From contig CAVTCR010000078.1 of NCBI GenBank assembly GCA_963733195.1, positions 8,393-72,392 of the forward strand: 64,000 bases of DNA, read 5' to 3'. Shown here piece by piece: positions 1 through 8,939 of the stretch. The notes under the pieces were generated by a model. The model was not told where the DNA came from, did not search any database, and was given only the letters and a program-made list of their open reading frames with translations. The number at the start of each line of letters is the position of its first letter. Position 1 is the stretch's first letter. The DNA comes from an uncultured delta proteobacterium (GTDB lineage: Bacteria; Desulfobacterota; Binatia; Bin18). A program made the translations under genes and the position numbers.

Positions 1-2
1 CG

Positions 3-1679
3 ATGATCGCTGGACTTCCACCGGCTATGGGACTGTACGCTGCTGCCATCCCCGCTATCGTTGGGGCGCTGTTTCGCAGTTCACGACACGTTGTGACTGG
101 TCCCACCAACGCACTCAGCCTACTTGTGGGCAGTGCCGTTGCTGCGTTCGCGGTCCAAGGTGGAATTTCACCGCTCGAAGTCGGGGTTACACTCGCCTTC
201 ATGGTCGGAGTAATGCAGTTTGCTGCTGGCCTCTTACGCCTTGATGCTGTCGCAGATTACATCTCACAACCAGTAGTCCGAGGCTACATCACCGGCGCAG
301 CAGTCCTGATCGCCGCCGGTCAGCTTGCCAATGTCACCGGCACCACAGGGGCGAGAGGCAACCTTGGCGATATCCTGAGCCATTGGATCACGACGCTCCC
401 GCAGATAAATCTTCTTGCGCTCACCTTCGCCATTGGGACCATCATCACTGTCATGGCGATTCGTCGATTCTCTCACCGCGTTCCAGGCTCGCTGGTGGCA
501 ATAATCGTGAGTATCGTGATCAGCAACCTTTTACACCTTCACGAACAGGGGCTCCACGTAGTTGCCGATCTTTCTCCGATCCCAGCAGGGTTTCCTCCTT
601 TCACTCTACCATCCCTTATCCACTGGGCAGTGCTCGTACCTGCAGCTGTCGCCTGTGCAGTGCTGTCTTTAGTGGAGTCAAGTTCCGTCGCGCGTGCACT
701 TGCGGCAGGGAGCAGACAACGGCTCGATCTCGCAGCTGAGTTTACCGGTCAGGGACTCGCAAATGTGGCCGCGGCATTTTCTAGTGGCTATCCCGTCAGC
801 GGGAGTTTGTCACGGTCAACTTTGAACCAGCAAGCAGGCGCAGAGAGTCGCGTATCCGCTCTATTTTGCGGACTGCTCATGATTATCGTACTCCTCTTTT
901 TCGGACCGCTCGTTGCCCGTACTCCTATTGCTAGTCTTGCCGGCCTTCTCCTCGTCCTCGCCACTGATTTGATCGATCGTCAGCACATTCGCATGATCGT
1001 GAACGGAACAAGAAGTGATCGAGCAGCGTTCGTCGCAACACTTGTGGGGACGTGGATTCTTCCGCTCGACAAAGCCATCTACCTTGGCGTGGCCATCAGT
1101 ATTGTTTTATTCTTGCAGCGTGCTCGCTTGCTCACCGTTCGTGAAATGATTATTGGCGAGAAAGGGCGGTTTCGTGAAATTGATCTCGACTTCCGAGAAG
1201 AACGACCGGCTTGCGCTTCTATCCGCATCCTGAACCTCACTGGACCACTATTTTTCGCCGTGGCTGGAGAGCTCGAATCAGCACTCGAACCTGCGGTGAA
1301 TAACCCGGAAATTCGAGTGCTCATTCTGCGAGTGCGACAAGCGCAGGACTTCGACGTCACCACCGCGAATGTGCTGGATGCAACCGCTAAGAAACTCGCA
1401 ACGGAAGGGCGGACGTTGCTCCTTCTTGGTCTCCGTCCTCCTGTGCTTGCCTTGTTGGAGCGTACTGGCATCGCTGCGCGCATCGGCACCGATAATCTTT
1501 TCCCAGCGCAATCCGGCTGGTTTACCGCGATGGAAGCCGCTCTCCACCGCGCGCTAACGCTTACCGGAGAGCACGCCTGTGGCAACCACTGCCCGTTCGT
1601 CGAATACGTGAGCACTCAAGAAGACTTTCGCGCGACGACAGAAATCTCGTCAAAAGCTATCTGGACCCCCGACTTGTGA
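3..1679 (+). CDS. SulP/SLC26 family anion permease with C-terminal STAS domain (5'-partial)
   Basis: AGLPPAMGLYAA and SRHVVTGPT SulP signature, many TM helices, GSLSRS motif, STAS-like GPLFFA...LILR...D.T C-terminus. Confidence 0.92.
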   Translation: MIAGLPPAMGLYAAAIPAIVGALFRSSRHVVTGPTNALSLLVGSAVAAFAVQGGISPLEVGVTLAFMVGVMQFAAGLLRLDAVADYISQPVVRGYITGAAVLIAAGQLANVTGTTGARGNLGDILSHWITTLPQINLLALTFAIGTIITVMAIRRFSHRVPGSLVAIIVSIVISNLLHLHEQGLHVVADLSPIPAGFPPFTLPSLIHWAVLVPAAVACAVLSLVESSSVARALAAGSRQRLDLAAEFTGQGLANVAAAFSSGYPVSGSLSRSTLNQQAGAESRVSALFCGLLMIIVLLFFGPLVARTPIASLAGLLLVLATDLIDRQHIRMIVNGTRSDRAAFVATLVGTWILPLDKAIYLGVAISIVLFLQRARLLTVREMIIGEKGRFREIDLDFREERPACASIRILNLTGPLFFAVAGELESALEPAVNNPEIRVLILRVRQAQDFDVTTANVLDATAKKLATEGRTLLLLGLRPPVLALLERTGIAARIGTDNLFPAQSGWFTAMEAALHRALTLTGEHACGNHCPFVEYVSTQEDFRATTEISSKAIWTPDL

Positions 1680-2844
1680 GAAACCGCCCGATGCGCGCGA
1701 TACCCTCACGTAGATTTTCCATCGAGGTCGTGTAGGTAATCCGCATATAGCGTTCTGACGCGTTCTTGCCAAAATCACGACCAGGAGTAACAGCAACTCC
1801 AGCTTTCATCAGCAAATCCTCGGCTAAGGCGAAGGTGTCGGCGGTAAACCGTGAACAATCAGCATAGATATAAAATGCACCGACTGGGGTGACCGGCACC
1901 TCAAAGCCAGTTTCTCTGAGTGCAGGAAGAAGAAAATCTCGTCGGCGTTGGAACTCCGCCCGCCGGGCTTCGGTGATGGCTAGCGTTTCTGGACGAAACG
2001 CTGCCAGCGCAGCGTGTTGGGCGAGATTCGGCGGACAAATAAAAAGATTCTGCGCGAGTTTTTCGATCTCACGCACATATGATTTTGGCACGACTAACCA
2101 GCCAATGCGCCAGCCAGTCATCTGGAAGTACTTGGAGAAGCTATTGAGGACAAAAATCTCATCCGAGATTGCCAACGCCGTCGAGGCATCAAAACCATAT
2201 GTGAGACCATGATAGATCTCATCGACGATCAGTCGCCCACTACGTGCATGGATCACGTCAACAATCGCTCGCATCTCTGTGTCAGCAATCATGGTACCAG
2301 TTGGGTTCGACGGAGAAGCCAACATCGTAGCGACAGTTCTTGGCGACCAGTGTTGCGCCACCATTGCCGCGGTGAGTTGATAAGAGTTTTGTGGTCCGGT
2401 CGCAATCAGTCGTGCCTGGCCTTCTAAGGTACGTACAAAATGCCGATTGCAGGGATAGCTTGGGTCACCCATTAATACTTCGTCACCAGGAGAGAGGAGG
2501 ACACCGAGCGTGAGGAGGAGAGCGCCACTCCCACCAGCAGTGATAACGATCCGCTCAGGGGGAACATTGACATGATAACGAGAGGCATACCATTGAGAGA
2601 TTGCCTCGCGTAGAGCCGGAATACCCAGCGCTGGCGTGTAGTGAATGTTACCGTGCTGCAATGCTGACATACCCGCATCGATAATCGGTTGCGGCGTCGC
2701 AAAGTCTGGCTCACCCACTTCCATGTGAATGATCGAGCGACCTTGGGCTTCGAGCTCACGTGCTCTAGTAAAAAGCTCGACCGCTTCAAAGGCCGTGATG
2801 TCGGCCATGCGAGCAGCGAAATGCGGATTCATGTTCATTAACAA
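1657..2844 (-). CDS. PLP-dependent aminotransferase class I/II (AspC-like)
   Basis: GEPDF, SPSNPTG, DEIYH, SFSKYFQMTGWRIG (PLP lysine) motifs. Confidence 0.93.
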   Translation of the reverse strand: MLMNMNPHFAARMADITAFEAVELFTRARELEAQGRSIIHMEVGEPDFATPQPIIDAGMSALQHGNIHYTPALGIPALREAISQWYASRYHVNVPPERIVITAGGSGALLLTLGVLLSPGDEVLMGDPSYPCNRHFVRTLEGQARLIATGPQNSYQLTAAMVAQHWSPRTVATMLASPSNPTGTMIADTEMRAIVDVIHARSGRLIVDEIYHGLTYGFDASTALAISDEIFVLNSFSKYFQMTGWRIGWLVVPKSYVREIEKLAQNLFICPPNLAQHAALAAFRPETLAITEARRAEFQRRRDFLLPALRETGFEVPVTPVGAFYIYADCSRFTADTFALAEDLLMKAGVAVTPGRDFGKNASERYMRITYTTSMENLREGIARIGRFLTSRGSR

Positions 2845-2896
2845 TCCTTACTACTTTTGACTTTTGATTTCTGCTTTTTGTCTTCGTCTACTTTCG

Positions 2897-3913
2897 TCAC
2901 AATGCAAACGCTTCTAACAAGTTCTGTCGATAATAATCCTGCTGCTCGCGAGTTGTACCAGTTGCAGGAACAGCGAGAATAGTCGTGTCCAACAGCCCTT
3001 CTCGTTCCTGTATTTTCGCGCGCACGCGATCAATCGGTCCGACTGCGCAAAAAGCATCGACCATCTCACGAGGAATGAGATCGATGGCTTTGAGTCGATC
3101 CGCCTCTCGCTGTGTTGCACGTACTTGCGCGACAGTCTCAGCAAAACCATGTGCCGTGAAAATGTCGTCGTAGATCATCGCCCAAATGCTGAAGAGCATC
3201 GCTCCAGCCGCAACACGATAAGCAGTGGCAAGATCGTCATCAACTACAGTGAAGCATTGCCCCAATACTTCGACAGCGGATCGTTGTCTCCCCGCTTTTC
3301 GCAGGCCGGTCTCCAGAGACGGTAGGATATTCTCCCGCACGTGCTTAGGTGAGAACATGGGATTGCCAACCAAGCCATCAGCCAACTCACCAGTAAGGGT
3401 CGCCATCTTCGGTTTTACCGCAGCAACATATACTGGCACCTGTGATCGCGGTCGTGGCGTGGAACGGGCAAAGAAATTACGCGCGTGAATCTGATAAAAC
3501 TTCCCAGGGAAATCGATCTCGCCTCCGGTAATAGTTTTCTCCATGACGAGTCGTAGTACCTGGAGATACTCGCGCATCTGTGCGACCGGCTTTCCGCCGT
3601 CGTGCCCTGCATACCAGTTGTTATTGCGATGTTCGTGGGCTGCCCCAAGCCCCAAGATAAACCGACCATGACTCAAGAAATCAAGATCAAGCGCGGCAAA
3701 TGCCAGCATGACTGGACTGTGAGTAAAGGCAAGAACCACCCCAGCCCCAAGCTTGACCCGCTTCACTGACGAAGCCACACCGGCAAGGGGAATCAATGCA
3801 GAGGTGGTCAGCTCACCTTGCCAGAGGGAATCAAATCCAGCGGCTTCAATCTTCTGTGCCCAGTCGATCATCGTCTCCGGCGAATTGCCTGGAAGAAACA
3901 TGGCGTATTTCAT
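2897..3913 (-). CDS. LLM-class flavin/F420-dependent oxidoreductase
   Basis: E.AGFDSLW.GE, D.LSHGRFILGLG, ELADG luciferase-like motifs. Confidence 0.88.
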   Translation of the reverse strand: MKYAMFLPGNSPETMIDWAQKIEAAGFDSLWQGELTTSALIPLAGVASSVKRVKLGAGVVLAFTHSPVMLAFAALDLDFLSHGRFILGLGAAHEHRNNNWYAGHDGGKPVAQMREYLQVLRLVMEKTITGGEIDFPGKFYQIHARNFFARSTPRPRSQVPVYVAAVKPKMATLTGELADGLVGNPMFSPKHVRENILPSLETGLRKAGRQRSAVEVLGQCFTVVDDDLATAYRVAAGAMLFSIWAMIYDDIFTAHGFAETVAQVRATQREADRLKAIDLIPREMVDAFCAVGPIDRVRAKIQEREGLLDTTILAVPATGTTREQQDYYRQNLLEAFAL

Positions 3914-3956
3914 AGAAAGTCCAAATGCAAAAGTCAGAATGCAGAGTGATGAATTG

Positions 3957-4096
3957 AGTAGTCAGCATTCAGTAGTCAGTAGTGTGAAGATGAACTGGCG
4001 AATCAGCGAAGGAAGATGAGTGTTCCTTGTGTCTTCCCATTTCCATTTCTCCGGTTCTTCTTCATGCTGGCTACTGGCTACTGACTCCTGGCTACT
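3957..4096. repeat. Inverted pair of 7-mer tandem repeats (AGTAGTC-type) able to form a long intergenic hairpin
   Basis: AGTAGTCAGCATTCAGTAGTCAGTAG (3957-3982) is an imperfect reverse complement of CTACTGGCTACTGACTCCTGGCTACT (4071-4096). Confidence 0.7.
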
Positions 4097-4116
4097 TTTT
4101 CCTCATTCATCGTTCC

Positions 4117-4344
4117 TCATTCATCCTTGAATCCGTTCTTCTTCCACTCCTCTACTTTCTTCAACGCCTCAGCCGGGGAGAGCCCTGCCCGTGCGATCAG
4201 CCAACAGGTAATCGGAGCAGCGATCCGCTCAGAAGAATGCGCGGCTTCACCAGCTAAGGCGAGCAGATCACGGACCTCGTCTCCGGTGGGAGGCTCGACG
4301 CCAAGCACGGTGGCAAGCCCAAGAAACCATTCCTTTGCTGTCAT
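4117..4344 (-). CDS. Small protein resembling DUF6457 family
   Basis: EW...LA..LG....LL.LAGEAAHSSERIAAPITCWL pattern; ATG at 4344 chosen as start. Confidence 0.65.
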   Translation of the reverse strand: MTAKEWFLGLATVLGVEPPTGDEVRDLLALAGEAAHSSERIAAPITCWLIARAGLSPAEALKKVEEWKKNGFKDE

Positions 4345-4437
4345 GCGTTTCTCCTTCTGTGCCGTTGCACCGGTCATCATAAGAAGATATGCACGCATGG
4401 TCTACGAGGGCTCTTACAACACTTTCCAACAGAACGT

Positions 4438-5703
4438 ATGCCAACTTCTTCTGCGCGCGGAGATGAGGTCAGCAATCAGGTAAACGACGTCCCTGTTTCA
4501 GCCTTCCGTTCTCCAGGATTTCAACGCTATTGGATCGGTCGCTCGTGTGCGATCTTTGCCACGCAGATGCAATCGGTCGCAGTTGGTTGGCAAGTCTATG
4601 AACTAACGCAGCAACCGTTGGACCTCGGACTCGTTGGGCTAGCACAATTCCTTCCTGCCCTCGGGCTTGTCTTCGTCACTGGCCATGTTGCTGACCGTTA
4701 TGACCGTCGCTACGTGCTTGCAGCTTGTATTGCTGTCGAGGCGCTCTGCGCATTAGTCTTTTTCGGACTGACAGTGACCGGCCATACCAGTCGTGGATGG
4801 ATTTTCGCTGCACTGGTACTGTTCGGTATGGCGCGGGCGTTCGAGTTCCCGGCCTCATTTGCCTTGATGCCAAACTTAGTACATCCGAGTCAGTTTACTA
4901 CCGCTGCAGCCTGGAATTCTTCCACCTGGCAGGTCGGCACAATTGGTGGACCAGCACTGGGTGGATTGCTGTACGCTTTTGGACCAAGTGTTGTCTATGG
5001 CATTTGTGTCGTACTACTACTCACTGGCGCATTCTTGGTGAGCTTGATTCCTCCCATCAGTACAACGACAACCGCACGCAAAGCTGTGACGTGGGAGTCG
5101 GTCGCCGCCGGTCTCCACTTCATTCGTCAGCAGCCGATTGTGCTTGGTGCGATTTCACTCGACCTCTTTGCCGTGCTGTTAGGCGGAGCCACCGCGCTAT
5201 TACCAATCTACGCGAAGGACATTCTTCTGGTTGGCCCGTGGGGACTCGGCTTGCTACGCAGCGCTCCAGCCGTCGGTGCATTAGCGATGGCCTTGTACTT
5301 TACTCAACGACCAATCAGGAAACGAGCGGGCTTTACGTTACTAGCGGCGGTTGGAGTCTTTGGTCTCGCGACGATCGGGTTCGCACTTTCTCACAGTTTG
5401 TGGTTCTCTATGGCAATGCTCGCCCTTCTTGGCGCAGCGGATATGGTGAGCGTTGTGATTCGCCGTGTGATTATTCAACTCGCGACTCCCGACGAGATGC
5501 GTGGTCGAGTTGGTGCGGTCGAATCAGTTTTTATTGGTGCATCAAACGAACTGGGAGAATTTGAATCGGGCGTAACCGCTGCATGGTTCGGAGTGATTTC
5601 GGCTGCGGTGCTTGGTGGTGTTGGAACCATCGCCGTCGTCATTCTCTGGTCCTGGCTCTTTCCGCAATTACGCAAAGTCGACGCGATGGAGGAGGTGGGG
5701 TAG
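4438..5703 (+). CDS. MFS transporter (MFS_3/EntS-like efflux type)
   Basis: GHVADRYDRR motif A, 12 hydrophobic segments, TPDEMRGRV motif. Confidence 0.9.
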   Translation: MPTSSARGDEVSNQVNDVPVSAFRSPGFQRYWIGRSCAIFATQMQSVAVGWQVYELTQQPLDLGLVGLAQFLPALGLVFVTGHVADRYDRRYVLAACIAVEALCALVFFGLTVTGHTSRGWIFAALVLFGMARAFEFPASFALMPNLVHPSQFTTAAAWNSSTWQVGTIGGPALGGLLYAFGPSVVYGICVVLLLTGAFLVSLIPPISTTTTARKAVTWESVAAGLHFIRQQPIVLGAISLDLFAVLLGGATALLPIYAKDILLVGPWGLGLLRSAPAVGALAMALYFTQRPIRKRAGFTLLAAVGVFGLATIGFALSHSLWFSMAMLALLGAADMVSVVIRRVIIQLATPDEMRGRVGAVESVFIGASNELGEFESGVTAAWFGVISAAVLGGVGTIAVVILWSWLFPQLRKVDAMEEVG

Positions 5704-5751
5704 ATTCACCTTGGCCACCTTCCCTGAGGGGTTGTCCGATTGAGAACATTT

Positions 5752-6126
5752 TCAGGATACCGCACCGTCCACTTCCATAACGAGTCGAATCCCTTCCCAC
5801 ACGCGGCGTAGCAGAGTCTGAGACAGAGCCCCGATCTTTTCGTGCAAATAGAGGCGATCAATTGTCTGAATCTGTGTGACATTCACGACACACGGTTTTG
5901 GCAGATTCGCTTCCCCTTTCCGGAGTCGCACATTTCCCGGCAACAGGGAATAACGTAGGTTCGAGGTGATCGCGACAACTACTACTGTATTGATATGACT
6001 GCGGTTAAATCGATCATGTTGGAGAACGACAGCCGGACGACGTCCCCAAGGTTCTGAGCCTCGACCACTGAAAAAGGAAACCCAGTAAACGTCCCCCTGG
6101 TGGATCACCACTTCTCTTCGGTCCAT
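5752..6126 (-). CDS. mazF: Type II TA toxin, PemK/MazF family
   Basis: QGDVYWV...GSEP.GRRPAVVLQHD.FN...TVVVVAITSN; start may be a few codons downstream. Confidence 0.92.
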   Translation of the reverse strand: MDRREVVIHQGDVYWVSFFSGRGSEPWGRRPAVVLQHDRFNRSHINTVVVVAITSNLRYSLLPGNVRLRKGEANLPKPCVVNVTQIQTIDRLYLHEKIGALSQTLLRRVWEGIRLVMEVDGAVS

Positions 6127-6359
6127 GACCCTAACCGTAAGAACTCGTCTGCGGTGCGCTTTTGTTCTGCACTAATAGTTTTATCATCAAAGAGCGCATC
6201 AAGTTGTCGCGTTATATCTCGGTCTCGCTTGACTCGCGCAACCTTTGATAACAAGGTAGCAATGACGTGGCTCCGCGACTCACCTCGATGTTCTGCAAGC
6301 TGATCAATTGTTTCAAGTACAGGTTCTGGGAGAGAAATTGCAATTTTCTTCATAGGCAT
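6105..6359 (-). CDS. Ribbon-helix-helix (CopG-type) antitoxin
   Basis: KKIAISLPEPVLETIDQLA...SRS RHH pattern, directly upstream of and overlapping mazF. Confidence 0.85.
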   Translation of the reverse strand: MPMKKIAISLPEPVLETIDQLAEHRGESRSHVIATLLSKVARVKRDRDITRQLDALFDDKTISAEQKRTADEFLRLGSWTEEKW

Positions 6360-6480
6360 GGCTAAGTCCCAATTCTGACGCAGGTCGAGCAATTCTTCGC
6401 TCATATCTTGGTATTCTATAATGTTCATACCAGGATAGTGTTCCTCGTCGCAAGCTACTACAGACTGTTCTGTTGTTAGA

Positions 6481-6505
6481 GGGCACGGCAGCGCCGTGCC
6501 CCTAC
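6481..6505. repeat. GTAG-family REP-like palindrome
   Basis: GGGCACGGC-AGC-GCCGTGCCC-CTAC. Confidence 0.7.
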
Positions 6506-6520
6506 AGAAAGAAGGCTGCG

Positions 6521-7866
6521 TTAGAACTGCAACCCAAGAGACGGTAGCGGATCGCGGTCAACTACCGGAAGGCGACTGGCACCGGCGTGTACTTTCACAG
6601 TTCCCGGCGTGCGCTCGTACGGATCAGGCAGGCCGATCTCTTTGGCGTAGTCGCGCAGCGCAGGAGCGACTTCTTCGGCTAACAAGCGGACACACTTCAG
6701 GCGATCATCGTTGCCCACTGGCCCTTGCACGTTAAAGAACATGAATATGCTCGGGCGCAAAATACGTAGTAGCATCTTTGCTCGTTCAATCACGGTCTTC
6801 GGAGAGCCAGCAAGAATCTGAAAGTTCTTCTGTGCCTTCACATAACTTGACGCGAGCTTCCTACGCACCTCGTTGTAATCAACTTCTTCTGGCTGTTCAT
6901 CATATTGCGCTTGGCGTAGTTTCTCGGGGCTGACGCCGAGCCAACTTCCGCCTGGATGTTGAGCCAGCATCTTGATCGCACCTTTCGAGTTGTAACCCGG
7001 TGGCAACGTATGCTCAGGACGGGAAACTGCAGCTTTTGCCCACCACCGTGAGACAAAACCTTTGCCAAGTTCCTGGGCTTTCTCTTCTGTCTCGGCAACA
7101 AAAGTCGGCAATCAAATAACCGAAGTTTTCCGGTCCAGCTTGATAGCCAAGCTTGGCTGCTGTGTCAGCGTAGATGTCCCACAAATCGCACGTCGGACCA
7201 AGTGCGGTACCCAGCCCAATGTATGGATAGCGATGCTCTGCGCACCAGCGCACGGTCTCCTGCGAACCCTCAACACGCCAGGAATCCAAATCGGTGGATG
7301 TGGTCTCTGATATGGCAACGCCCACGGATTTACATGGCGATAGTGAAAATGCTTGCCTTCATACCGCCACGGTCCGGGTTTGGTCCACGCTTGAACGATG
7401 AAGTCATGCGCTTCGTTGAAGTACTCGCGGTTGTACGAGGGATTCGCATTGTTAAAAAACTGCTCGCTGCCGGCACCGCGCACCCAACCTGTGACCAAAC
7501 GCCCACGGGAGATCAAGTCGATCTCTGCCAGCTCTTCTGCCATGCGCAGGGGATGCTTAATCACTGGTAGTGGGTTGCCGATCGAGTACGATCTTCACGC
7601 GCTTTGTGAGACGGGCGAGGATTGAGGCTTCGACGTTCATTACCCCACCCCATGCAATATGGGTTACCGTGATGCTCGTTGAGAGCAACGACATCAAAAC
7701 CTTTCTCTTCGGCGTAGCAGTACTCATCAAGATAATAATTATAATCGTCAGCAGCCTTGTCGCGGTCGAAGTGCGAGTTGGACAGGGCAAAGAACGCATG
7801 GTTCTTGAGTACCTCGTCCTCTGGCACCCAACGATACGGCCGCTCGGTGAAGTAGCCGATTTTCAT
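6521..7866 (-). CDS. LLM-class flavin-dependent oxidoreductase (split by ~3 frameshifts)
   Basis: Consecutive ORFs 7561-7866, 7112-7564, 7014-7325 and 6521-7111 give continuous LLM motifs (AEEKGFD...NEHH, P.RMAEELA.ID.ISRGRL, P.QRPHPPIW); GGAG RBS before ATG 7866. Confidence 0.85.
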
Positions 7867-7916
7867 GGATGACGCTCCTTAATGTAGTGAAGCTGGAGGA
7901 AACGGCTCTACAGAGT

Positions 7917-8050
7917 ACGTGACGCGTGTTATGGAATGCGTAATGAGGAAACGCTTCTAGTTTTCACATTTCACGTTTTACGCATGATGTTTCACGTTCC
8001 ACGCACCACGCAATACGTCAGACGTGATACGTATTGCGTGATCCGTGATG
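7917..8050. repeat. Degenerate 7-mer tandem repeats (CACGTTT/TACGTGA type)
   Basis: ttttcac atttcac gttttac gcatgat gtttcac gttccac gcaccac gcaatac periodicity with complementary arms. Confidence 0.6.
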
Positions 8051-8062
8051 TGTACTCCACTG

Positions 8063-8848
8063 CTATGCTGACAAGAAGCTTTTTACCGCCTTCACAAACT
8101 CCGCCGAGTTTTCGATTTCTGAGCGGTGCCCTGCATTCGCGATCTCCACGACTTTCGCTTGTGGCAGCGCCTTCTGATAGGCAGCAATACATCCTTTGGG
8201 AACAATACGGTCTTTTGTTCCCCACACAAGCAAGGTGGGAAGATTCTTCGCCCCGGCGAGTAAGTAAGGAAGGCTAGGGTTGTGCATGTAGGGTTCCCAG
8301 CCGATACGGGCAGTTTCCGCACGCGCGTCTTCAAACGCCTCGAATTGCTCAGGGGTCATCTCACCACCATAAATCTTGCCGAACTCCGGTGTTGCAGGAT
8401 CGGCTACCGTTGATCGTATCAAGGTACGAATGGTGAGTGGGAAAATATCCGCGATTTCTCCCTCAGCAGGCTTAAGGCCCATGGGGGCAACAAGTACCAT
8501 GCGAGAAAACATCTTCGGATCTGCTGCTGCCATTTCTGCCGCAGCATACCCACCAGCGGAAAAGCCAATCACATCGAGCGGAGCCAGATTCAACTCGCGC
8601 ACGACGTTAGCATAAAATCCCCCAAGGTCACGGAAACTGCGAATCCACTCGATTCGTGGAGTTTTGCCAAAACCAGGCTGTAGGGGAATGATAATCTCAC
8701 GATCCTTCGCCAGTTCTTCGTTCCAAGTCATCCAGCCCGGGTATCCGAGCTCGTCATGAAACATCAATAATGGTTTTCCTGATCCGCCTCGGACGACCGT
8801 CAGGTCTGCCCCGGCTACCTTCATTGTACTCTCAGTCCAATTTGCCAA
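8063..8848 (-). CDS. Alpha/beta-fold hydrolase
   Basis: PGFG, GFSAGG nucleophile elbow, WGTKD, AGH; TTG start at 8848 after AAGGAGG RBS. Confidence 0.88.
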   Translation of the reverse strand: MANWTESTMKVAGADLTVVRGGSGKPLLMFHDELGYPGWMTWNEELAKDREIIIPLQPGFGKTPRIEWIRSFRDLGGFYANVVRELNLAPLDVIGFSAGGYAAAEMAAADPKMFSRMVLVAPMGLKPAEGEIADIFPLTIRTLIRSTVADPATPEFGKIYGGEMTPEQFEAFEDARAETARIGWEPYMHNPSLPYLLAGAKNLPTLLVWGTKDRIVPKGCIAAYQKALPQAKVVEIANAGHRSEIENSAEFVKAVKSFLSA

Positions 8849-8939
8849 TGGTCTTTCCTCCTTCTTACGAATATGGGCGTGAAAGCCGTCGCCATTCGAT
8901 AGCACACCTTCGATAGGGTCGGAAAGAGATGGAGAGGAT

